The notes under the pieces: model-generated
The model's database searches: none
What the model was told of the DNA's origin: nothing
What the model saw: the letters and a program-made list of their open reading frames with translations, nothing else
Made by a program: the position numbers and the translations under genes
Assembly: GCA_963792585.1 (NCBI GenBank)
Contig: CAWBWI010000004.1
Span: 256,001 to 320,000 of the forward strand
Direction of reading: 5' to 3'
Length of the DNA stretch: 64,000 nt
From: Candidatus Eiseniibacteriota bacterium
GTDB taxonomy: Bacteria; Eisenbacteria; RBG-16-71-46; CAIMUX01; VGJL01
In this document: piece after piece, positions 33,069-41,743 of the stretch
How the letters are laid out: each line of letters starts with the position of its first letter
Position numbering within the stretch: position 1 is the stretch's first letter

Positions 33069-33139
33069 ACATGCCACGCCAGATTCGCGAGTCTTGTCCC
33101 TCTGCGGCCAAGTTTTTCCGCGACCATCTCGATCGTGCA

Positions 33140-33872
33140 TTACCGAAACAGCGACTTCACCTCACCCCAGGTCGTGTTCTTTACCGGCGTCGATTCGCAT
33201 GGATTCGGATCGCACGGAATCCCGTCGCCCACGTACGCCCCTCCGGCCACTTCGCAATCCTCCACGGTTCCCTCCAGGCAAGCACCCGATGGGAAGCAGC
33301 AGGCTCCAGTTCCGGTACTGGTGACTGACACGGCATCGAGCGCCAGTCCTTGCCCGAAATGGGGACTCCAGACGTGTGTGAACTGCAGCGTGGTCAGTTG
33401 GGAATCCGCCGTGAACCGCCTGGCGTAGGTCAGGTAGTTCATGTTGTCGCGCGTCGATCCGGAATGCGTGAGGGTCGTGTCGACCAGGTGTTGTGGTGCC
33501 CAGCACCTGCACCCTGCCGGTGGCCGTAGACGCATCTATGTTGTTCGCATATGCAAACGAGAGTGAGTACGCTTGCCCGGGTACGGTCGCGAAGGACTGC
33601 AGAATCGTGGTTCCGATGCCACTGTCACCGTCCAGATCGATCGACTGCGAGCCCTGGAAGGCAGGCCAGTAATCACGGACCAGATCGATGGTCCAGCCAT
33701 CCGGGATCGTCCAGCCTGTGATGAAGTCGCCCGTTACGTCGACGAAATCCGTGCCAGCGGGTAACGGTGGCAGTTCAAACCCGCCGTTCACGATCTGCTC
33801 TGCCATGGCCGTGGTCGCGCCGCCCAGGATGATGATGACCGCGACCATCCACGAACAAGACCTGTTCATCAT
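33140..33872 (-). CDS. Secreted DUF642/choice-of-anchor-C-like domain protein with GACC module and TTWG tail; frameshift near 33490
   Basis: 'IVNGGFE...WPAFQGSQSIDLDG...QSFATVPGQAYSLSF' joins 'LVDTTLTH...GLALDAVSV'; ends 'TTWGEVKSLFR'. Confidence 0.8.
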
Positions 33873-33905
33873 GTTGAGTCTCCCCTCTCGCGCGGGGCAC
33901 TCCGC

Positions 33906-34682
33906 CTAACGGTAGATCGCCTTGACCCGCCCCCAAGTGGTGGTCTCAATGGGTGTCGACTCGCAGGGGTTGGGATCACAGGGAACCTCGTCGCCCAGGT
34001 AGGTTCCTCCCGCCCCCTCGCAGCCCGCCTCCGTCCCCAGCAGGCAATCGCCGGAGGCGAAGCAACACGCGCCGACCGGAGGCTCGGTGGTCTCCAGTAC
34101 GAAGTCGATCTGGGTGCTGTCGTAGTAGAAGGAGATGGGGCTCACCGCGCATTCCACCGTGGATCCCGCGTGCACGGAAATCGTCCCGCTGTAGTCCGCC
34201 GTCGTGCCGAGCCCATCGAGCGTCGCCTCGTAGAGCTCTATACCGTCGGCGAGGATGAATACAATCTTCGAGCCGATGTCGATGGACAGAAAGTGTGCGG
34301 TCACCGTCACACTGTCAGCGCTCGGCGCCGTCCACCGAACCACGCTCTGCTGAGCGGGCCCAGGATGAAAGAGGGCCTTATGCGGCTGGATGACAAAGGT
34401 CTGGCAGGTGATCGGGTAGTCGTGGGGGTTCCGGATCACATTGGGGCACCAGACCTCGAAGTACTTCACCCACGGTTCGAGATCGGGACAGAAGTAGTTG
34501 TGGTCGGTGTAGAGAGTCAGCGGCTCTTCCGCGGAGGGCCGCCACCCGTACGACCACGCCCCGTTCGGGTTCTGAGTTGCCGAGAAGTCATCGGCCAGGT
34601 TCCAGACTTCTCCCTGACTCACGACCGGGCACAGCAGCAGGAGCGTGCACACCACGCCCGCGATTCGCATCTTCATGGTCAT
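33906..34682 (-). CDS. Secreted protein with GACC module and TTWG tail (paralog of 5626-6402)
   Basis: 'EVWNLADDFSATQNPNGAWSYGW'; ends 'TTWGRVKAIYR'. Confidence 0.85.
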   Translation of the reverse strand: MTMKMRIAGVVCTLLLLCPVVSQGEVWNLADDFSATQNPNGAWSYGWRPSAEEPLTLYTDHNYFCPDLEPWVKYFEVWCPNVIRNPHDYPITCQTFVIQPHKALFHPGPAQQSVVRWTAPSADSVTVTAHFLSIDIGSKIVFILADGIELYEATLDGLGTTADYSGTISVHAGSTVECAVSPISFYYDSTQIDFVLETTEPPVGACCFASGDCLLGTEAGCEGAGGTYLGDEVPCDPNPCESTPIETTTWGRVKAIYR

Positions 34683-34764
34683 TTTCTCCTCTGAAATACG
34701 ACGGCATTCCTCGACGAACGGGAGTGGGGGTGGTCGCAAGTCGAATGAGGCGGAGTATGGAATG

Positions 34765-34960
34765 TGGCTGCCCTTCGGACCTCTCGGCGGAGGGGCTTCC
34801 CACGAGCACGCTGTGGACTTACGGCCTGCATACTCGGCTCCAGAACCTCGATCCCGTGTGCACCGGAGTGGCGCTCATCGTCGCGGTCGGGCGGCGAAGG
34901 CGTCTGGAGAAGTCGCAACGAGGGTACCGCCATCACGGCTGAGACTCCAGCGGCATTTGC
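34765..34960 (-). pseudogene. Decayed IS remnant
   Basis: Homologous to 6488-6680 and 22865-23075 (CTCCAGAACCTCGA...GCGTCTGGAGAAG.CGCAAC). Confidence 0.6.
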
Positions 34961-34961
34961 T

Positions 34962-35325
34962 GGGCGTTCACCGAGAGGCGGCGCAGCACTACCGGTCAGA
35001 AAGCGGTCCTTGTTGCTGCGGTAGCGGTTACGAGGATCACCAGCGAGGCTGGTCGGAAACCGTATCGAGCGGTACCGCTCATGCCGAGAGCGTCCACCAC
35101 ATCGTCGGAGAGAACCGAGAGGAAGAGAGTTTCGCCCCCTCGCGCCCCAATTCGTGACGGTTCACACCGCTCGCGCTCGATACACTTCGCAAACAGAGAA
35201 TCCGCACCGCCGAATTCACCCCCGCAACACGCAAGCGTTTCTGCGGATATAGACGAGCCTTGGCGGCATGCACCACCGAGGCTCCGTCCACCGCTCTGAT
35301 CACGCGCAGGTCATGCAGCGCGGCC
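34962..35325 (+). repeat. Intergenic repeat family, copy H (internally disrupted)
   Basis: GGCGTTCACC...ACCGCTCATGCCGAGAGCGTCCACCAC...CGCAAACAGAGAATCCGCA...CCGCTCTGATCACGCGCAGGTCATGCAGCG. Confidence 0.75.
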
Positions 35326-37497
35326 TTATCTTCAAGAGCACGACTCGCGCGGTCCTCGTCCCCGCGTTCGTCGAAACGCGTGCCAGATAGATCCCCGGCA
35401 CGACCTCGCGGCCCGCATCGTCACGTCCATCCCAGACCACGTCGTGAACGCCGACGCTCATGATCTCGTCCTGTAAACATCGTACCAAGCGCCCCGCAAC
35501 ATCGTGGATGGTCGTCCGCACGGAGCCTGCGGTCGGCAACTCGAAGCGAATCGCCGCCTGCCGCCACGCCGGATTCGGGACCGTACGCAGACGAAACGTC
35601 GCGGCGATGTCCGTGTTCTCGGCGTTTCCTACCGGCTCGCACTGGACCGGCAGAATCTGGAGACCGGAATCGTAGTCTGCGACGTAGGCGTGGGTGCCCG
35701 AGACGGCCACGCCACGGGCACTCCCCGGCGTGTCCACGCTGCCCACGATCTGCGGGCTCGCGGGATTCGTGATGTCGATCACCTGGAGACCGGGATCCCA
35801 GTCCGCGACGTAGGCGTAGGTGCCCGAGACGGCCACGCCATAGGCAGTCGTCCGGCGTGTTCACGCTGCCCACGATCTGGGGGCTCGCGGGATTCGTGAT
35901 GTCGATCACCTGGAGACCGGATCCACTGTCCGCGACGTAGGCGTGGGTGCCCGAGACGGCCACGACCATAGGCAGTCCCCGGCGTGTCCACGCTGCCCAC
36001 GATCTGGGGGCTCGCGGGATTCGTGATGTCGATCACCTGGAGACCGGAATACCTATCCGCGACGTAGGCGTGGGTGCCCGAGACGGCCACACCATGGGCA
36101 TCGCCCGGCGTGTCCACGCTGCCCACGATCTGTGGGCTCGCGGGATTCGTGATGTCGATCACCTGGAGACCGGAATCGTACGTCCGCGACGTAGGCGTAG
36201 GTGCCCGAGACGGCCACACCATAGGCACTCCCCGGCGTGTCCACGCTGCCCACGATCTGGGGGCTCGCGGGATTCGCGATGTCGATCACCTGGAGACCGG
36301 ACGTCCGCCGTCCGCGACGTAGGCGTGGGTGCCCGAGACGGCCACGCCATGACGCGCACTCCGGCGTGTCCACGCTGCCCACGATCTGAGGGCTCGCGGG
36401 ATTCGTGATGTCGATCACCTGGAGACCGGAATCCCCGTCCGCGACGTAGGCGTGAGTGCCCGAGACGGCCACGCCTTGGGCACGTCCCGGCGTGTCCACG
36501 CTGCCCACGATCTGGGGCTCGGGGATTCGTGATGTCGATCACCGAAGACCGGATGCTCAGTCCGCGACGTAGGCATAGGTGCCCGAGACGGCCACGCCCA
36601 CGGCACGTCCGTGTCCACGCTGCCCACGATCTGGGGCTCTGGGATTGTGATGTCGATCACCTGGAGACCGGAATCCGTCCGCGACGTAGGCGTAGGTGCC
36701 CCGAGACGGCCACGCCAACGGCAGTCGCCCGGCGTGTCCACGCTGCCCACGATCTGGGGGCTCGCGGGATTCGTGATGTCGATCACCTGGAGACCGGACT
36801 ACCCAGTCCGCGACGTAGGCGTAGGTGCCCGAGACGGCCACGCCCATGGCATAGCCCGGCGTGTCCACGCTGCCCACGATCTGGGGGCTCGCGGGATTCG
36901 TGATGTCGATCACCTGGAGACCGGACGCGCCGTCCGCGACGTAGGCGTAGGTGCCCGAGACGGCCACGTCCATAGGCATCGCCCGGCGTGTCCACGCTGC
37001 CCACGATCTGGGGGCTCGCCGGATTCGTGATGTCGATCACCTGGAGACCGGACTCGGCCGTCCGCGACGTAGGCGTAGGTGCCCGAGACGGCAACGTCCA
37101 TAGGCATCGCCCGGCGTGTCCACGCTGCCCACGATCTGGGGGCTCGTCGGGATTCGTGATGTCGATCACCTGGAGACCGGAGCTGCCGTCCGCGACGTAG
37201 GCGTAGCTGCCCGAGACGGCCACGCCCAAGGCATCGCCCGGCGTGTCCACGCTGCCCACGATCTGGGGGCTCGCGGGATTCGTGATGTCGATCACCTGGA
37301 GACCGGAGCCCCAGCCGTCGGCGACGTAGGCGTGGGTGCCCGAGACGGCCACGTCCATAAGCCCAAGTCCCGGCGTGATCCACGCTGCCCACCCAGTGGA
37401 GGTAGTCTCCGTAGTCGATGCACTCAGCAGAGGCAGGGCACGAAACTACGAGCACCCCAAGGAATGCCAGACCGATGACAACCACGGGAACTCTCAT
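35326..37497 (-). CDS. Secreted LVIVD-repeat beta-propeller protein (14 repeats) with FlgD-Ig tail; many apparent frameshifts
   Basis: Signal peptide (ASA|E); repeats '[42 protein letters not shown]'; tail 'PNPAW...WDGRDDAG...GIYLARV'. Confidence 0.85.
35650..37395. repeat. Coding tandem repeat, about 126 bp x 14
   Basis: CGAGACGGC recurs at about 35700, 35825, 35952, 36079, 36206, 36334, 36461, 36584, 36702, 36830, 36956, 37084, 37212 and 37341. Confidence 0.9.
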
Positions 37498-37637
37498 GGC
37501 CAGTCCCTCCCTTCGATCTGCCACCGAAAGCACAGTCAATTCAGCACGGAGAGATGCGGCGGGATGAGTTTAGGGGATCCTGACGCTCGGATCCATGGCG
37601 GATTTCGTAAACCCTTGCTCTGCACGCCACGCTCGCG

Positions 37638-37945
37638 TGAGCATCCACCAGGAGAACTCAGTTTCGTATGCGGTTCGCTGTGGGGTTCGCTCATGTTGAG
37701 AGCGTCCACCACCGGGGGGATAGAGAATGGAGAGGCGAGAGTTCCGCCCCATTTTCGGCCCGTGCGTTCACCACTTCCGCGGACGCCAATCACGCAGAGA
37801 GCACGCCCCCGGGACCCGCCCGCGCAACACCCTCGCATTTCTGCGGATACAACGCACCTTTTCGGCATCGTCGCACCGACGCTCCGCTCACCACTCTCCG
37901 CCGCTAAGTTCGTACCCTGCATCGTCCGGCTCCCCGCTCCTACCG
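37638..37945 (+). repeat. Intergenic repeat family, copy I (near full length, at the edge of the accessory region)
   Basis: GAGCATCCACCAGGAGAACTCAGTTTCGTA...GCTCATGTTGAGAGCGTCCACCAC...GGAGAGGCGAGAGTT...CTGCGGATACAACGC...CCGGCTCCCCGCTC; closest to copy C. Confidence 0.75.
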
Positions 37946-38445
37946 CGAACCAGCACACCAGCGGTTGACGCCCCACGCCCCCATCCATATGACGAGGCGA
38001 GCCATCTCACCCGATCGAATTCCGCGCCCCGCTCGCGGCATCCCTCTCGCGCCGGCTCACCAACCGGCCGCCCCGAGCGGCCTTCCCGCCACTCGCACGC
38101 CGCCCACAACCCCATCCGGCGTGCTCGGCATTCTTCGCCCGTGACCTCACGATCCTTCTGCAGGGATTTTCGGGTTACGGCCGTAACCGGTCGCACGCGG
38201 GTCCAAGTGCATCAAGTTGAGGTTCGATTTTGCGGCCGGATCCGCCAGCCCCGTCGGCAGGAGCCATCAACTTCGAGAATCGTGAAGTTGGGTCGACAGG
38301 TTACGCGTCAGAAACGATCTGCATGCGCCCGCGGGTGGGATTCCGAACAATTAGAGAGGGATCCGGCCCGCCGGACCTCACATTTCCCCGTGCAGACCTG
38401 GCCCTACCCGCCAAACAGGCGGTGCACCACCCCGTCGACCTAGCC

Positions 38446-39279
38446 TCACCGCTCCGGATGCGCGCGCAGCGTCATCAGCGACTTCCACGTTTCCTTCTCG
38501 AGGAAGCTGCCGGCCACGTTTCCCTCCATCTCCTCGTACATCGCCAGCGGCACTGTGAAGGTCATCATGTCGGGATCGATCAGGTGGGCGACGTTTCGCC
38601 TCGCCGAGATGTCGAAAAGTCCCATCACGGCGCGGGGGTGATCCCGCTCCGACTCGCTGTAGGAGAGGATGCCGACGGCATGGCAGCCGGCGCCGAAGGG
38701 CGCGATCACGTTGTCGTTCGTCGGCCGTCCGTAATTGGCCAGGACGACGAGCGCCGAGAGCTGGTCGGGGTTGGCCAGGAAACTTATCGTCACCGGCCGC
38801 TCGCCATCCCCATTGATCTGCTCCAGCGGCTTGAAGACCACATAACGCGCGGGGATGTCCCGCATTGGGAGGGAATCCACGAAGGTCTTGGCCACTTCCG
38901 GGGATCGAAAGTACCCCTCCCCTTCGAGGAAGCTCTCGCGGGCCTGCGGGCTCATTCTCCCTTCCAAGGTCGCCGCGACGGTTCGGCCCCCTTCATCGAG
39001 CGCGTTTCCGCTCGAGAGGAACCGATAGAAGCAATCGATCCCACCGGGCGTTTCTGCGTAAACGTCGCCGAACCCGACCCCGACGCCCCCGCCGCGGCAG
39101 CCCATCGCCTCGCGCGAAAGCGCGGTGGTCCTCCCCAGCGCGGCCTGCACGAACATGACGATTGCGCATCCCCACTTCCCCGGCGTGAATTGACGCGCAT
39201 CCGGCGGCTTCTCGTCGGCCCAGAGCAAAGCCACCGGCTGGTACTTGAGGCCCAGCGCCTCCCGAATCCGACTCTTCAT
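38446..39279 (-). CDS. DUF169 (ArCR) family protein
   Basis: 'LGLKYQPVA', 'GCRGGGVGVGFG', 'FLANPDQLSALVVLANY', 'PFGAGC', 'GLFDISAR'. Confidence 0.85.
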   Translation of the reverse strand: MKSRIREALGLKYQPVALLWADEKPPDARQFTPGKWGCAIVMFVQAALGRTTALSREAMGCRGGGVGVGFGDVYAETPGGIDCFYRFLSSGNALDEGGRTVAATLEGRMSPQARESFLEGEGYFRSPEVAKTFVDSLPMRDIPARYVVFKPLEQINGDGERPVTISFLANPDQLSALVVLANYGRPTNDNVIAPFGAGCHAVGILSYSESERDHPRAVMGLFDISARRNVAHLIDPDMMTFTVPLAMYEEMEGNVAGSFLEKETWKSLMTLRAHPER

Positions 39280-39298
39280 CGATCGGCTCCTAACGCGG

Positions 39299-40282
39299 CT
39301 AAACGATAACCTCGGTGCCTACACCGGAAGCGCGCGCAAGTTCGAAGACGCGCACGGCGGTTGCGGCGTCCTGGACGGCCAGCCCGACCGACTTGAAGAA
39401 GGTGATCTCGTCGTCGGAGGTGCGCCCCGGCTTCGAGCCGGCGACGATTTCGCCAAGCGAGGCGTGTATGCGGCCCTCGTCGTACTTCCCATCCTTGATG
39501 GCGAGGATCAGTTCCCCGGCTTCGGCCATGCAGGCGGGCAGGTAATCGGTCACCACCGTCGCGCGCCCGAGCAACTCGGCCCCGATCTCGCGGGCGTCGG
39601 CGGAATGGGCGCCGACCCCGTTGATGTGGGTCCCGGCGGCGATCCAGCCGTTCTCCAGAACCGGGGTCTTGCTGGAGGTCGCGAGGCAGAGGATCTCGTT
39701 CGCCGCGCAGGCGCGGGGATCCTCGGTGGCGCGGACCGGAATCCCGAGCTGTGCCGCCATGTCGGTCGCGAACCGCTCCCGCGCCTCCGGCAGCGGGTCG
39801 TAGACGAGCGCCTCGCGGATCGAACGGACATCGCAGACCGCGGCGAGCTGGGTCCGCGCCATGGCCCCCGCACCGAATATCCCCACGGTGGATGCCCCGG
39901 CCCGTGCCAGGTGCCGGGTCGCGACCCCGGAGACGGCCCCCGTGCGCATCGCGGTCAGGAACCCCGCATCCATGATGGCCACCAGGGCTCCGGTCCGCGG
40001 ATCGTTGAGCAAGAGGGTCCCGATGGTCGTCGGAAGACCGTGTTTGGCGGGATTCTCGGGGTAGACGGTCACGACCTTGAGCGCGAGGGCCCCCTGCTGG
40101 CCACCGATGTGGGCGGGCATTCCGAGGTGGAGCCCCTTGTGATCCGGCACGCGGATCGCGGTCCGCTGGGGCATCGTGACATTCCCGAGGGCCAGCTGTT
40201 TGAACCCTTCGGCGACCGCGGCGATCGTCTCCTTCATGGTGAGCACGGACTCGACATTCTTGCGGGTCAGCAATAGCGGCAT
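39299..40282 (-). CDS. Ornithine cyclodeaminase / mu-crystallin family protein (archaeal-type alanine dehydrogenase-like)
   Basis: 'LKVVTVYPEN', 'LTAMRTGA', 'GIFGAGAMA', 'HINGVG', 'FKSVGLAVQD'. Confidence 0.92.
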   Translation of the reverse strand: MPLLLTRKNVESVLTMKETIAAVAEGFKQLALGNVTMPQRTAIRVPDHKGLHLGMPAHIGGQQGALALKVVTVYPENPAKHGLPTTIGTLLLNDPRTGALVAIMDAGFLTAMRTGAVSGVATRHLARAGASTVGIFGAGAMARTQLAAVCDVRSIREALVYDPLPEARERFATDMAAQLGIPVRATEDPRACAANEILCLATSSKTPVLENGWIAAGTHINGVGAHSADAREIGAELLGRATVVTDYLPACMAEAGELILAIKDGKYDEGRIHASLGEIVAGSKPGRTSDDEITFFKSVGLAVQDAATAVRVFELARASGVGTEVIV

Positions 40283-40504
40283 GGCGGCATCCTCCCCTTC
40301 ACCCGCGCGGAGTCTAGGCGCAGGGGCCCGATCGATCAACCCGATGTACGGCCGGTGCGACGGACGGCCGGCACCCCGCGGGCGGCGCGGGAACGCAACG
40401 GGTCGCTGACGGTTGAAAACTCCTGGCGAGCCGATTCGGCCGCCGATATGATGCGGGCGCGTACGGTTTCACAACGAGGACGCAGGCAGGGAGCGACGAT
40501 TCGG

Positions 40505-41743
40505 ATGACCGAAGCCGGCTTCACGATCCCGCGGGTCGTAGCGATGATCCTCGCCGGAGGGCGGGTCAACGAGCTGTCCGTCCTCACCCTCGTCCGGCCG
40601 AAATCCGCGATGCCCTTCGCGGGCCACTACCGGATCATCGACTTCGCCCTTTCGAACCTGATGCACGCGGGCATCAACCACGTCGGGCTCCTTTCCCAGT
40701 ACCGCCCGGCGAGTCTCATCGACCATGTCCGCGTGGGCGAGAGCTGGGATTTCGTGGGACTCGAGCGCGGCGCGAAGATCCTGCCCCCCTTCCGCGGGGC
40801 GGAGGCATCCGACTGGTACCGCGGCAACGCCGACGCCGTATACCGCAACCTGAACTACATCACCGACCACAAGGCCGAGCTGGTGCTGATCCTCTCCGGG
40901 GACCACATCTACCGGATGGACTATCGCAAGCTCCTCCGCTACCACATCGAGCGCGAGTCCGACTTCACGATCGCCTTCAAGAGGATGGGGAAACGGACGA
41001 GCCAGCGGTTCGGCTACGGCACGATCGACGACGACGGACGGGTCACATCATACGAAGAGAAGCCGGCCGTCCCCGCATCGGACCTCGCGTCCCTGACGAT
41101 CTACGTGGCCAACGTGAAGCCGCTGCTCCACATTCTCGAGCAATGCGTCGGGCTGGAGTCGTACGAGTTCGGGCGCGACGTCATCCCCCGGATGCTGGCC
41201 CACCACAAGGTCTTCGGCTACGAGTTCGACGGATACTGGGCTTACGCTCGGACGATCGACTCCTACTACCAGGCGACCCAGGACCTGATCCTCGGCCGCA
41301 TCGACATGGACGACTGGCAGGTGCGCACGAACCTGGTCGACGGCGGCGTAGCCGTCTCGCCCCCGGCGCGCCTCCGCGCGGGCGCGGAGGTCCGCAACAG
41401 CCTGATCAGCGCCGGTTGCGATATCGCGGGCACGGTCCGCGGCAGCGTCCTCTCGCCTGGGGTACGGGTCGAGCAGGGCGCCATCGTGGAGAGTTCGGTC
41501 GTGTTTCAGAGGACCGTGATCGGTGCGGGGGCGCACGTCGAACGCACGATCTTCGACAAAGATGTCCGGGTCGGCGCCGACAGCCACGTGGGCGGGCCGG
41601 CGATGGTGGGATCCGATCCCGCGGGCGGCGCCCCGGGCGACCTGGGCCTCACCGTCGTGGGAAAGGGCGCGCTGATCGCCGCTCGGTCGATTCTCCCTCC
41701 CGGAGAAACGGTCCAGCCGGGCGCGATCTGGGATCGGACATGA
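40505..41743 (+). CDS. glgD: ADP-glucose pyrophosphorylase family, GlgD-like subunit
   Basis: 'ILAGGRVNEL...KSAMPFAGHYRIIDFALSN', 'WYRGNADA', 'LSGDHIY'; the glycine-rich loop is non-canonical. Confidence 0.7.
   Translation: MTEAGFTIPRVVAMILAGGRVNELSVLTLVRPKSAMPFAGHYRIIDFALSNLMHAGINHVGLLSQYRPASLIDHVRVGESWDFVGLERGAKILPPFRGAEASDWYRGNADAVYRNLNYITDHKAELVLILSGDHIYRMDYRKLLRYHIERESDFTIAFKRMGKRTSQRFGYGTIDDDGRVTSYEEKPAVPASDLASLTIYVANVKPLLHILEQCVGLESYEFGRDVIPRMLAHHKVFGYEFDGYWAYARTIDSYYQATQDLILGRIDMDDWQVRTNLVDGGVAVSPPARLRAGAEVRNSLISAGCDIAGTVRGSVLSPGVRVEQGAIVESSVVFQRTVIGAGAHVERTIFDKDVRVGADSHVGGPAMVGSDPAGGAPGDLGLTVVGKGALIAARSILPPGETVQPGAIWDRT

Noticed and set aside
35650..37395. Regular repeats resembling a CRISPR array
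   Set aside because: The period is about 126 bp (42 codons), the constant part encodes LVIVD repeats, there are no unique spacers of 30-40 bp, and no cas genes are present.
11120..37497. Diversity-generating retroelement as the cause of hypervariable codons
   Set aside because: There is no reverse transcriptase or TR/VR pair in the window, and the differences are not evidently restricted to adenines. A trans-acting system cannot be excluded.
3100..38000. Classical integron
   Set aside because: No IntI tyrosine recombinase is present, and the recurring repeat lacks paired RYYYAAC/GTTRRRY ends. Only two weak attC-like half sites were seen.
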